Shown here one piece after another: positions 27,694 to 37,488 of a stretch of DNA of 61,843 nucleotides. A model generated the notes under the pieces. It saw only the letters and a program-made list of their open reading frames with translations, was not told where the DNA came from and made no database searches. The translations under genes were made by a program, and so were the position numbers. The stretch lies in NCBI GenBank assembly GCA_018396655.1, contig JAGTQF010000001.1:1-61843 (forward strand), given 5' to 3'. Source of the DNA: Candidatus Bathyarchaeota archaeon (GTDB taxonomy: Archaea; Thermoproteota; Bathyarchaeia; Bathyarchaeales; DTEX01). Position 1 is the first letter of the stretch. Each line of letters opens with the position of its first letter.

Positions 27694-29109
27694 ATGGAAC
27701 GGGTTGGCATACTCGTAGTCTCCTATGGTTCTAGAGAAGCTGCCATAGTGGATGCATTTCTGAGGAGTCGGGAGTATAAAGTTGACCTTTATATCGCTGA
27801 TAGGCAGAGGAATCCATTTAACGTTAAGAGGGCTAAGGAGCATGTCGTAATCCCAGACTTAAATGTTGAATCTATATATAAATTTGCTGAGAAACATAGG
27901 GATGAAATAGACTTTGGCATAGTTGGTCCAGAGAAGCCGATAATTGAAGGAGTAAGGGACCTTATCGAGGGTAATCTGGGCATACCTATGATTTGTCCGA
28001 CAAAAGTATATGCTCTTGAGAGGAGTAAAGTCGCTCAGAGACTCCTATTTCAAGAGGTTGTTCCGGAGGTGAATCCGAGATTCAAAATATTTGACCCAAA
28101 AGACTACAAAGACCTAAGCGATGTAAAAAGGGATTTGTTCAAATGGCTTGATGAGCTTGATAATAAGGTTGCTGTTAAGCCGGATGCGCCAGCTGCTGGT
28201 AAAGGTGTAGGTGTTTGGGGAGACCACTTTAACACCCGTGATGAGATATGGGAGCATTTTCTAGCAAACTTTAAGGTGGGCCCAGTTATAGTTGAGGAGA
28301 AGATTGAGGGTGAGGAATCAAGCTTCCAAGCGTTCTGTGATGGTAAACATATTGTCCCATTACCTGAAACAAGAGATTATAAGAGGGCCTTTGATGGCGA
28401 TAGGGGGCCAAACACTGGAGGCATGGGAACATATAAAGATAGGGGAAATATTCTACCATTCATGAGACCTGAGGATTGGGAAAAAGAGAAAAGAATCGTT
28501 GAGAGGATATTTGAGAGGCTTAAGGGAGGCGGCTCAAACCCGAATCTTCGCGGAGTACCATTTTACGAGGCATTTATACATACTGGCAAAGGACCTATGA
28601 TACTTGAGAACAACAGTAGGCCGGGAGACCCGGAAATAATACCCATATTACCACTCCTAAAGGATGATTTCGTTGATATCTGCTTTAGGATAATTGAGGG
28701 GACTCTAACCCATGTTGATGTTGAGGAGAAGGCCGCTGTGGTGGTCTATAAGGTGCCGCCGAAATATGGCGGGTATATAGATGCCTTCCCGCATTTAGTT
28801 AACAGGAGTGAGATAGGCACGCCAGTAATCCTAGATGAGGCTGAGGGGCTTTCAGCCAAATATGGCGATAATATTAGGGTTTATCCGGGCTCGATGGAGA
28901 TACGTGAGGATGGAAAGTTTTATGCTCTCTCTTCTAGGGCTGTGTGCACTCTTGGCATCGCTGACGATATCCAAAGTGCCCGTGAGATAGCCATGGAGGG
29001 AATAAGAGCCATTAGGGGTGGAGCTCTCTGGAATAGGATGGATATAGCCTCAAGGGAGCATATCGAACGAAGTATAAGGCATATGGAGATGCTGAGGAAG
29101 CGCATATGA
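27694..29109 (+). CDS. purD: Phosphoribosylamine--glycine ligase
   Basis: VGPE.P, ERSK, VKPD..AAGKGV, EEKIEGEE.S, DYKRAFDGDRGPNTGGMG, E.N.RPGDPE. Confidence 0.9.
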   Translation: MERVGILVVSYGSREAAIVDAFLRSREYKVDLYIADRQRNPFNVKRAKEHVVIPDLNVESIYKFAEKHRDEIDFGIVGPEKPIIEGVRDLIEGNLGIPMICPTKVYALERSKVAQRLLFQEVVPEVNPRFKIFDPKDYKDLSDVKRDLFKWLDELDNKVAVKPDAPAAGKGVGVWGDHFNTRDEIWEHFLANFKVGPVIVEEKIEGEESSFQAFCDGKHIVPLPETRDYKRAFDGDRGPNTGGMGTYKDRGNILPFMRPEDWEKEKRIVERIFERLKGGGSNPNLRGVPFYEAFIHTGKGPMILENNSRPGDPEIIPILPLLKDDFVDICFRIIEGTLTHVDVEEKAAVVVYKVPPKYGGYIDAFPHLVNRSEIGTPVILDEAEGLSAKYGDNIRVYPGSMEIREDGKFYALSSRAVCTLGIADDIQSAREIAMEGIRAIRGGALWNRMDIASREHIERSIRHMEMLRKRI

Positions 29110-30185
29110 TGAGGATTTTTGTGACGGATTGTGAGGGTCCAGTATCTAAGAATGATAATGCATTTGAGCTTTCAAGTTGGCTTATACCAAAAGGAGACCG
29201 CTTCTTTACGCTAATAAGCAGATATGATGATGTCCTAGCCGACATAGTTAAGAGGCCGGGATATAAGGCTGGTGATACGCTTAAGCTAATTGTGCCTTTC
29301 TTGAAAGCCTATGGAGCAACAAATGGTTTAATGAAGAAATTCTCTATGGAAACGCTACTGCTGATTCCTGGGGCTGGTGATACGCTGGGTTATATTAGGT
29401 CGATTATGCCTACCTTTATTGTTAGCACAAGCTATGAGCCATATATAGATGCTTTGTGTGATGCCATAGGCTTTCCAAAAGAGAACGTTTACTGCACAAA
29501 AATCAACATCGACAAGTATGAATTATCCTCAGATGAGGCGGAGCGCATAAAGGCCCTAAGAAAGGAGATTGTTGAGATGCCGATGATAGAGATTCCTCCC
29601 AGCGCAAAATCTTTGGGTGATTTGCCTCTCGAAACCCAGAGGGTGATAAAGCGCCTTGATGAAATCTTTTGGAGAGAGATCTCTCAAATGAAGATAGGTT
29701 TGGCGCTTAGGGAGATTAATCCCATTGGGGGATATGAAAAGGCTAGGGCTGTTAAGGAGATTGCGTCAATCTTCGGTAGAGACCTCTCCTCAATAATCTA
29801 CGTCGGTGATAGTATAACTGATGTTGAACCGTTTAGGCTCGTTAGAAATAACGGGGGCTTAACGGTGTCATTTAATGGGAATCAATATGCTATAAGGGAG
29901 GCTGAGATTGCAGTTCTATCACATCATACAATCGTGCTGGCAGTATTAGCTGAGCAGTTTAGAAAATTTGGGAAGGAGCACGTGCTCAGCCTAGCAGAGA
30001 ACTGGGATATATCGGTGCTAGAGGACTATTGTAGCCCTCCATTACTTGAGCGCCTAAGGAGCCTATATCCAGAAAGAGCCCCATGGGTTGAGAGGATAAC
30101 CCCAAAAAACATGGAGCGTTTGATGCATGAAAGTACAGCATTTAGGAAGACTGTTAGGGGAGAAGCCATAGGAACGCTGGGTTAA
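29106..30185 (+). CDS. HAD-superfamily hydrolase, COG4030/EhaR-like
   Basis: FVTDCEGP.SKNDNAFE, Y.AGDTLKL..PF, STSY, YVGDSITD, SFNGN.YA. Confidence 0.8.
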   Translation: MMRIFVTDCEGPVSKNDNAFELSSWLIPKGDRFFTLISRYDDVLADIVKRPGYKAGDTLKLIVPFLKAYGATNGLMKKFSMETLLLIPGAGDTLGYIRSIMPTFIVSTSYEPYIDALCDAIGFPKENVYCTKINIDKYELSSDEAERIKALRKEIVEMPMIEIPPSAKSLGDLPLETQRVIKRLDEIFWREISQMKIGLALREINPIGGYEKARAVKEIASIFGRDLSSIIYVGDSITDVEPFRLVRNNGGLTVSFNGNQYAIREAEIAVLSHHTIVLAVLAEQFRKFGKEHVLSLAENWDISVLEDYCSPPLLERLRSLYPERAPWVERITPKNMERLMHESTAFRKTVRGEAIGTLG

Positions 30186-30284
30186 ATAAACAATTAGCAT
30201 TCTCCTTTTGCATGCAATGTATGCAGCGCTAATATAAAAAGTTAAAGGGGGTTAGATGAAAAATTAGTGATGGAGGAATCCTTT

Positions 30285-30353
30285 ATGTCTTGCTGTGGAG
30301 GAAAGAGAAAGAAGAAGGGTGAAGAGAAGAAGGCTGAGGAGTCTAAGAAGTAA
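30285..30353 (+). CDS. Putative 22-aa microprotein MSCCGGKRKKKGEEKKAEESKK
   Basis: ATG with GGAGG 8 nt upstream and a TATA-like AATATAAAAA at about 30231; not in the ORF track. Confidence 0.5.
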   Translation: MSCCGGKRKKKGEEKKAEESKK

Positions 30354-30430
30354 AGTCTCAAACCCTTAAAGCATTAAATAACCCATCTTTTTATTATATT
30401 TTCTTGCATTCCTTCTAGGTGGTGTGATAA

Positions 30431-31342
30431 TTGAATGCGTTTATCGAGGATACTTATGCGGAGGCTTTTGATGGATTATACTTTAGGATACTAGTTACAG
30501 CCTACGATAGAAGCACGCTTATAAAGGCTGCCGAAGATTCAACTGCAACACCATCAACAGTCATAGGTCGGATTGAAGGTGGAATAGAACGCTGGGTTCC
30601 TAAAAGTGAGACTCCGGATGGGCGCTTAGGCGTGATACTGCAGTTTTGGAGTGGGATGGATGAGAGAAAGCCTTTGGAGGAGATTATTAGAAGGTTTTAT
30701 AGAGAGTTCTCTTATAGAATTAGGCAAGACATTCTCGTTAAGCCATTCACAGCCGTCTTCGACGCATGCCCAAATCCTATAGGTAAAATTGATACATTAG
30801 AGTTTATTGGACACTGTGGGGATGGATACGAGTGGATTGAGGAGCAGTATGGTCGTGAAATGATAATTGTGCCGATAATGGTTCCAGACTTTAAGATTGA
30901 GCGATACTTAGGTTATGGGCGCGGCGTTATGGGCGGAAACTTCTGGTATATGTGCCGAACAAAGAAGGCGGTTCTAGAGGCTGGGAGAAGAGCCCTAAAA
31001 GCCATAAGGCAAGTTGAGGGCGTCATCACACCATTTGATATATGCTCAGCCGGCTCAAAGCCAGAAACAAAGTTCCCACATATAGGTCCAACAACAAACC
31101 ATCCCTATTGTCCCTCACTTAAGGATAAACTTGGTCCTGAATCGAAGGTTCCGGAGGGGGTTCGTTATATCCCGGAAATAGTCATAAATGGATTAACGTT
31201 AGACCACGTTAAGAAGGCGATGAGGGTTGGCATTAAAGAAGTCTTGGCGACCAGAGGGGTAGTTAGGGTTTCAGCCGGAAATTATGGCGGAAAACTTGGC
31301 AAATACAAAATCTATTTGAGGGGTATCCTAGATGGGGTTTGA
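30431..31342 (+). CDS. ftr: Formylmethanofuran--tetrahydromethanopterin formyltransferase homologue (divergent)
   Basis: [51 protein letters not shown]. Confidence 0.85.
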   Translation: MNAFIEDTYAEAFDGLYFRILVTAYDRSTLIKAAEDSTATPSTVIGRIEGGIERWVPKSETPDGRLGVILQFWSGMDERKPLEEIIRRFYREFSYRIRQDILVKPFTAVFDACPNPIGKIDTLEFIGHCGDGYEWIEEQYGREMIIVPIMVPDFKIERYLGYGRGVMGGNFWYMCRTKKAVLEAGRRALKAIRQVEGVITPFDICSAGSKPETKFPHIGPTTNHPYCPSLKDKLGPESKVPEGVRYIPEIVINGLTLDHVKKAMRVGIKEVLATRGVVRVSAGNYGGKLGKYKIYLRGILDGV

Positions 31343-32231
31343 GGTTATCTGTTTTGGAGCATTAAATGTTGATAAACTTTATAGGGTTGATAGGCTGGCT
31401 GGAGCTGACGAGGAGAGCATAATACTAGACTTTAAGGAGTCTCCCGGCGGCTCGGCGGCAAATACAGCTGTTGGTCTTGCACGTTTAGGTGTGAGGGTGG
31501 GTTATATTGGTAAGGTCGCCGATGATAGGGAGGGCTCACTCCTTATAAAGTCCTTTATGGACGAGGGTGTGGATACTGGGGGAATAATAGTTTCCAGGAC
31601 TGGTAGAAGCGGCTCAGTTATCGGCTTTGTGGACCGAAGGGGAAATAGGGCGCTTTATCTTGACCCTGGAGTTAATAACACGTTAAGATATGAGGAGATA
31701 AACCTCGATTATATTAAGGGGGCAAAATTTTTACATTTAACATCGTTCGCTGGAGACGAACCATTTAATGCTCAGAAAAAGATTGTAGAAAATTTTTCTG
31801 AGATAAAAGTAACCTTAGACCCAGGATTAATTTATGCCCGTAGGGGCTTAGATGCCCTTAGACCACTTATAAGGAGATGTTATGCCATTCTACCGAGCGA
31901 GATGGAGATACAGCTCCTGACTGGCAGAGATTATCGTGAGGGTGCTGAAATACTGCTCAGGGAAGGTGCTGAAATAGTGGCGGTTAAATTGGGGGAGAGA
32001 GGATGCTATATTACCGATGGCAGCGAAAGCTATATAATAGAGCCATTTAAGGTTGAGGTTGTTGACACAACTGGTGCTGGAGACGCCTTCTGTGCTGGCT
32101 TTATATATGGGCTTCTTAGAGGGAAAAATCTGAAAGAATGTGGTATTCTGGGGAACTTTGTTGCTTCAAGATGTCTAATGAGAATGGGTGCGAGGGATGG
32201 TCTTCCGCGATTAGCCGACCTGCCCTTATAA
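31332..32231 (+). CDS. PfkB-family carbohydrate/nucleoside kinase
   Basis: [31 protein letters not shown]. Confidence 0.92.
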   Translation: MGFEVICFGALNVDKLYRVDRLAGADEESIILDFKESPGGSAANTAVGLARLGVRVGYIGKVADDREGSLLIKSFMDEGVDTGGIIVSRTGRSGSVIGFVDRRGNRALYLDPGVNNTLRYEEINLDYIKGAKFLHLTSFAGDEPFNAQKKIVENFSEIKVTLDPGLIYARRGLDALRPLIRRCYAILPSEMEIQLLTGRDYREGAEILLREGAEIVAVKLGERGCYITDGSESYIIEPFKVEVVDTTGAGDAFCAGFIYGLLRGKNLKECGILGNFVASRCLMRMGARDGLPRLADLPL

Positions 32232-32283
32232 GGTTTATTGAGCAACTTTTAAATTCCGCTTTACACACATCATAGTAGTGTGA

Positions 32284-32904
32284 GTGCATCTAATGAGTGT
32301 GGTGAACTTCCGCAACAAGCTCCTTTCACTTCTCATAGAGGAGCTAGAATCCCACATTCCACAGTTTAAACCATATACCCTGGACCATCAGCTCGTTCTA
32401 TATGCCTCTAGAGACCTAGAGACTTGGCTGAAAGTTAAGTTAAACACGGATGATAATCGAGTGGTTTACAGACACCTTGATGAATATTTAAGGAGTAGAC
32501 CGGAGGACCTAAAGGTTTCAATAAACTTCTGGACCGGTATGTGGCTTAAAAAGTGGCGGGAGCGAGTTAGAGTTCTCTCAACAAAGTTTGAGTTACCCCC
32601 AGATTATGCTGAGAAAATTCGAAGGGCAAGAAAACTCTATCAAGATATGGATTATAGGGGCGAGCTAAAAAGCATGGCTATAAGGAAACTTATAAATCAG
32701 GGCGAAATATGCATGGTGGATTTTATAGCCGAGAATATAATAATCGACGAGATAGCAAAGCGTATCTCAAGAGGAAATAAGAATGTGGTTCCCATAGCGA
32801 TAAACCCACTGAGCATATATAATGCGGTAAGCGGCAAAATAATGCGCTTACCTAAGGAGAAAGGCCCCCTAGTATACTTGAACATGAAGCCAAACATGTT
32901 CTAA
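32284..32904 (+). CDS. Hypothetical protein
   Basis: 206-aa ORF with normal codon usage; no motif recognised. Confidence 0.65.
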   Translation: MHLMSVVNFRNKLLSLLIEELESHIPQFKPYTLDHQLVLYASRDLETWLKVKLNTDDNRVVYRHLDEYLRSRPEDLKVSINFWTGMWLKKWRERVRVLSTKFELPPDYAEKIRRARKLYQDMDYRGELKSMAIRKLINQGEICMVDFIAENIIIDEIAKRISRGNKNVVPIAINPLSIYNAVSGKIMRLPKEKGPLVYLNMKPNMF

Positions 32905-32961
32905 ACCCGGCATTTTGAGGATTAAAAGAAGTTTTTCACGAAGCTTTGGCTTAATCAGTAA

Positions 32962-33804
32962 ATGTTTATAGCCGTAGACCGTAGTAGTATTAATCATAGG
33001 TTTGTGACCCGGATGTCCATTGAACGCCTATCAACCGGTGTTCCAGAATTGGATGCTATGCTGGAGGGTGGAATACCAAAGGGCTTCACGGTGGCCATTA
33101 CAGGCGAACCTGGAACTGGAAAGACAATATTGTGCATACATTTTATTGCTCAGGGGATTCGAGAGGGCGATAAGTGCATTTACGTGACTACTGAGGAGAG
33201 TCGGGATTCAATAATCATGCAGGCTTCCCAGTTTGGATTTGATTTCTCCAGGGGGATATCTGAGAAAAAGCTAATTATTATTGATGCGTTGATGGGCGCG
33301 AAGGATGAATGGTCGCTTCAAAGCCTAGAGATTGAGGAGCTCGTGAACAAGGTTATTGAGGCTAAGAAGGCTCTGGGTTATGGTAGGGCCCGCCTGGTAA
33401 TCGATTCGCTCTCGGCTTTCTGGCTTGATAAGCCTGCTATGGCCAGAAGATACTCTTATTTTGTGAAGAAGGTTCTGTTTAAATGGGACTTCACCGTTAT
33501 GGCGACATCGCAGTATGCCATAACAACCTCCGAGGCGTTCGGTTGGGGTGTTGAGCATATAGCTGATGGCATAATAAGGTTCCGTAGGTCCGTTAGGAAT
33601 GGTGTTTTGAAGCGCTATATTCTTGTTGAGAAGATGCGCCAGACGAACCACAGCCTACAAATGTATGAGATTGCCATCCGACCTGGTAGAGGTCTAACAA
33701 TAGTTAAGCCCGTTGAGATGAGAAGGGAAGATATATCCTTACCTAGACATGTTATAGAGCGCATTCAGAAGGCTGCTGAGAGAAGGGAAGCGGAAATACC
33801 TTGA
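32962..33804 (+). CDS. KaiC/RAD55-like single-domain RecA-fold ATPase (likely start ATG 33013)
   Basis: RLSTGVPELD.MLEGGIP, Walker A GEPGTGKT, YVTTEE, LVIDS, EHIADGII, EKMR.T.H. Confidence 0.92.
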   Translation: MFIAVDRSSINHRFVTRMSIERLSTGVPELDAMLEGGIPKGFTVAITGEPGTGKTILCIHFIAQGIREGDKCIYVTTEESRDSIIMQASQFGFDFSRGISEKKLIIIDALMGAKDEWSLQSLEIEELVNKVIEAKKALGYGRARLVIDSLSAFWLDKPAMARRYSYFVKKVLFKWDFTVMATSQYAITTSEAFGWGVEHIADGIIRFRRSVRNGVLKRYILVEKMRQTNHSLQMYEIAIRPGRGLTIVKPVEMRREDISLPRHVIERIQKAAERREAEIP

Positions 33805-34652
33805 GCCATCCAGAACATTACCTGCGCCCTGATGTTCAAAAGGAGATTGTGGATTTCTGTAGGAGGAGATGGGTTGCTCTTCATTATACGAGTTCAAGTG
33901 GCAACCTAATTTTTAGGAGGTATATTGGGAGTAAGCCCATTAGGATTGAGCGTCTAGAAGACATGCTTAAGGTAAACAATGGCACGCTGAGGTCAATCTA
34001 TGCGACGGCAAATGTCTATAGGCAACTCCAAAGCCCTGAGAATATATATAGGTTAGAGAACATCGCCTACTGCACGCCAACATGGGATATTGATAGCGAA
34101 TTATCAAATTGGAGGGAGACTATTCGTATTGCTAGGGAAATAATATGCTTCTTAAATGAGTGGGGGGTTAAGAGGTCAGTTTATGTCAAATGGTCTGGGA
34201 ATGGATGCCACATTCACATAAACGAGAGAAGCATATCAGAAAATTTACTTGAAAAATACAATCCCCTAGACTTAGCATACGCCATCGTTGAATACGTGAA
34301 CACCAAGATTTCTCTAAAGCTCACGGAGTTATCCCTCAACGGCAAAGTAAAAATTGAGAATAAAATGGATTTAACGAGGGTCTTCACATGCCCATTAAGC
34401 TTTCATCGAGAACTAAACGTGGTATGCATTTGTATGAAACCAGAGGACCTTGATAAATTCACTTTGGAATGGATTAATCCACAAGGTTTTAGGCATAACC
34501 CAGGCTGGCGGGAATTTAGGGAGGGGGAAGCTGATAGTCTTGCAGAAGCAGCTTATAGGGCGATGGGTGGGTATCCGCTTAAACCTAGGCGTAGAACACG
34601 TAAGACGAGACCTCTGGACAAGCAGATAATGGAGTGGCTGCAGAAAGGGTAA
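33801..34652 (+). CDS. Archaeo-eukaryotic primase (AEP) superfamily protein
   Basis: Motif I WDID, motif II SGNGCHIH, motif III D..RVF.CPLS.H; overlaps the KaiC stop. Confidence 0.75.
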   Translation: MSHPEHYLRPDVQKEIVDFCRRRWVALHYTSSSGNLIFRRYIGSKPIRIERLEDMLKVNNGTLRSIYATANVYRQLQSPENIYRLENIAYCTPTWDIDSELSNWRETIRIAREIICFLNEWGVKRSVYVKWSGNGCHIHINERSISENLLEKYNPLDLAYAIVEYVNTKISLKLTELSLNGKVKIENKMDLTRVFTCPLSFHRELNVVCICMKPEDLDKFTLEWINPQGFRHNPGWREFREGEADSLAEAAYRAMGGYPLKPRRRTRKTRPLDKQIMEWLQKG

Positions 34653-34733
34653 GTTATTTTTAGGGGAAAGTTTTAGTAATACTTATTCATAAAATCGTAA
34701 TACTAAGAACCATCGAAATCTGGAGGAAGACGC

Positions 34734-35159
34734 TTGGGTGAAGAATCTGATGATATTACAAGTATCCTGTTAGAGGATGCCGTAAAATTTCATGGTCACC
34801 TTGGTCCATTTCTTATATTAGGTTTAAAGGCTGGATTGCTTTCTAATAAAGTTCTCGGCAAAGATTATTTTAAAACTAGAGTGATTGTTGAAACGAGACT
34901 TAAGCCTCCCTACTCCTGTTTCATTGATGGGATTCAGGTTGCCACTGGATGCACGATGGGGAAGGGAAATATTGAGATTAGGGATGGAAATCCAATATAT
35001 GTGAGATTTGTTAAGAATGGTAGAGTTCTTGAGATGAGACTTAAAAAGGAAGTTCTTGAGGACCTGAAGGGCATGCGCACTGAAGAGGATTCTAGGCGAA
35101 AAGCCCTCGAGATTATATGTAAACCAACCAATGAACTATTTGATATAATGGAGCGATAG
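34734..35159 (+). CDS. FmdE/FwdE-family protein (stand-alone)
   Basis: FHGHLGPF..LG, SCFIDGIQVATGCTMGKGN. Confidence 0.88.
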   Translation: MGEESDDITSILLEDAVKFHGHLGPFLILGLKAGLLSNKVLGKDYFKTRVIVETRLKPPYSCFIDGIQVATGCTMGKGNIEIRDGNPIYVRFVKNGRVLEMRLKKEVLEDLKGMRTEEDSRRKALEIICKPTNELFDIMER

Positions 35160-35164
35160 TTCTC

Positions 35165-35815
35165 TCATAGTTGCAGGAGCCATATCTCTTTCGCTATTAT
35201 TGGTATCTTCCTTAAAGCCGCCTTTAATATAAGCAAGGATATGATTGAGGATAGAGGAACATGAATAGCATTGAAGATTCCAGTTAGCATGAGGGTCCAT
35301 ATCCAAACGTCAAGGGTGGAAGTAACTTTTATGCCTACGGTTTTAAGGGTTGCTTCCGCGAATTGAAGGTATCCTGGAGATATGAAGAGGAAAAGCATAA
35401 TATTGGTGAAAGTGCAGACGATGACCCTCAAGATTATTCCGATAATCATTCCTGAGAGGAAAATTCTTCTGAGACTTATTTTCCTATGCCCCCTTAACAG
35501 TCTTATTCCGGTCTTAATTCCAATCCAAAAGCCACCAATCATTGGTGTCACTGCTAAAAACTTCATTGTTGGTCCAAGCCATCCGCCCCTAGAAATCAGC
35601 CCAATCCAATGAATAGTTTCGGCGATTAAAGCTGAAATCGGTCCACCGAGCATAAAAACCATCATAACGGGGACTTCGGCAAAATCGAACTTCAGATAGG
35701 GGAGCGGCGGGAAGGGAACCTCAGCTCTTACTGTTGCTAGGATTAGAGATAGGCTCGAAAATACGGCTATATAAGCAAGGACCACACTTTTTCTGCGAAG
35801 CATCTCCACCACCAT
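35165..35815 (-). CDS. ECF transporter substrate-binding (S) component, RibU-like
   Basis: EVPFPPLPYLKFDFAEVP...GP; R......N; FN; about 6 TM helices. Confidence 0.82.
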   Translation of the reverse strand: MVVEMLRRKSVVLAYIAVFSSLSLILATVRAEVPFPPLPYLKFDFAEVPVMMVFMLGGPISALIAETIHWIGLISRGGWLGPTMKFLAVTPMIGGFWIGIKTGIRLLRGHRKISLRRIFLSGMIIGIILRVIVCTFTNIMLFLFISPGYLQFAEATLKTVGIKVTSTLDVWIWTLMLTGIFNAIHVPLSSIISLLILKAALRKIPIIAKEIWLLQL

Positions 35816-35909
35816 TATCTTTTATTCGTGAGAGATTTTACTTATTTAAAAGTTATTACTCAAAAATAAGTAATCTTAGACTTAAATTTCTAAACTAAAC
35901 AATTCTTAT

Positions 35910-36545
35910 GTGGTGGATAGCGGGATGCCGAACTTTTGGAATGTGGTTAAGGGTAGGAGAAGCGTTAGAGTTTATTCGCCGGAGGATATTTCGGATGAGG
36001 CTCTCCTTAAGGTTATTGATGCTGCTAGATGGGCTCCCTCGGCTCATAATGCTCAGCCATGGCGCTTCATTATAATAACTGACTTGGATGTGAAGAGGGG
36101 TTTAGCCGAGGCTATGGCTTCTGATTGGATGAGGGACCTTGAAAGAGATGGTGTTCCCTCGGAGGTTTATAGGAGGCTGGCTGAGGAGTCTATTAGGCGC
36201 TTTACTGAGGCACCGGTCGTTATTGTCGCTGCTGTTACTATGAGGGAGATGCATAGGTATCCTAATAGGCGGAGGCAGAGGTTTGAGCATTTAATGGCGA
36301 CACAGAGCTTAGCTGCTGCAATACAGAATATTCTTTTGGCTGCTTATGCTGAGGGTTTAGGCGCATGCTGGTTCTGTGCGCCTCTATTCTGCCAGGAGAC
36401 CGTTAGGAGGGTTTTGAGGATGCCGCGTGATGTTGAGCCTCAAGCCCTAATAACAATTGGTTATCCGGCTGAGAGCCCCGAGTCTCCGCCTAGAAAGCCA
36501 CTTAAAGAAATAGCCTTTAGAAATTATTGGGGTGCTAGCCTATGA
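35910..36545 (+). CDS. Nitroreductase-family protein resembling the FbiB C-terminal/FbiE domain
   Basis: RRSVR.Y, APSAHNAQPWRF, LAEAM...W..DL..DG, QNILLAA.A.GLGACW.CAPLF; directly upstream of cofD. Confidence 0.85.
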   Translation: MVDSGMPNFWNVVKGRRSVRVYSPEDISDEALLKVIDAARWAPSAHNAQPWRFIIITDLDVKRGLAEAMASDWMRDLERDGVPSEVYRRLAEESIRRFTEAPVVIVAAVTMREMHRYPNRRRQRFEHLMATQSLAAAIQNILLAAYAEGLGACWFCAPLFCQETVRRVLRMPRDVEPQALITIGYPAESPESPPRKPLKEIAFRNYWGASL

Positions 36546-37468
36546 TAACGGCTCTGGCTGGTGGTGTTGGCGCCGCAAAATTTCTTTCTGGGCTAATTAG
36601 GGTTGTTCCAGAGGAAGAGTTAACGGTTATTGTTAATACTGGGGATGATATTGAACTTTATGGTCTGCATATTTCGCCAGACCTAGATATAGTTGCCTAT
36701 ACTCTAGCTGGCATTGTTGATGAGGAGAAGGGTTGGGGGATAAGAGGCGACACGTTCCATTGCCTAGAGATGTTGCGGAAATATGGTTATGAAACATGGT
36801 TTAATCTGGGAGATAGAGACCTTGCAACGCATATTCATAGGACAATGCTGCTGAAGAGGGGTTTGAGGTTATCTCAGGCGACAAGAGAGATATGTAGGAG
36901 CTTGGGTTTAAGAGTTAATATAATTCCGATGACGGACGATAGATTTGAGACTTGGATTGAGACTGACGCTGGCTTAATGCACTTCCAAGAGTATTTAGTT
37001 AGGAGGGGTGCTAGGGATAGGGTTTTAGGCGTGAAATATGTGGGTGCTGAGAATGCTGCTCCAGCTGAGGGGGTTATTGATGCCATACTCAGCAGCGACT
37101 TGCTAATCATCTGCCCAAGCAATCCAATTGTAAGCATAGGCACAATATTATCTGTTAGGGACGTGAGAGAAGCGATAAGAAGGAGTAGGGCGTGTAAAGT
37201 GGCTATAAGCCCCATAGTCTCTGGAGCACCAATCAAGGGTCCGGCTGATAAGCTAATGAGGGGGCTTGGGTTAGAGGTTTCCGCATTCTCAGTTGCACAT
37301 TTATATAGGGACTTTTTGAATGTCTTTGTGCTAGACCAAAGAGATGAGGCAGAGAAGGAGAGGATAGAGGGTCTCGGAATCAAGGTCATTTTGGCTGATA
37401 CAATAATGAGGACGTTGGAGGATAAGGTTAGGCTTGCAAAGATTGTCCTGAGAGAATGCGGTCTCTAA
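36542..37468 (+). CDS. cofD: 2-phospho-L-lactate transferase (F420 biosynthesis)
   Basis: LAGGVGAAKF, NTGDD, PDLD..YTLAG, WFNLGDRDLATH, PMTD, HFQEY, PSNP..SIG, KGPA. Confidence 0.95.
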   Translation: MITALAGGVGAAKFLSGLIRVVPEEELTVIVNTGDDIELYGLHISPDLDIVAYTLAGIVDEEKGWGIRGDTFHCLEMLRKYGYETWFNLGDRDLATHIHRTMLLKRGLRLSQATREICRSLGLRVNIIPMTDDRFETWIETDAGLMHFQEYLVRRGARDRVLGVKYVGAENAAPAEGVIDAILSSDLLIICPSNPIVSIGTILSVRDVREAIRRSRACKVAISPIVSGAPIKGPADKLMRGLGLEVSAFSVAHLYRDFLNVFVLDQRDEAEKERIEGLGIKVILADTIMRTLEDKVRLAKIVLRECGL

Positions 37469-37488
37469 ACCCTTAATATGAGAGAGCA

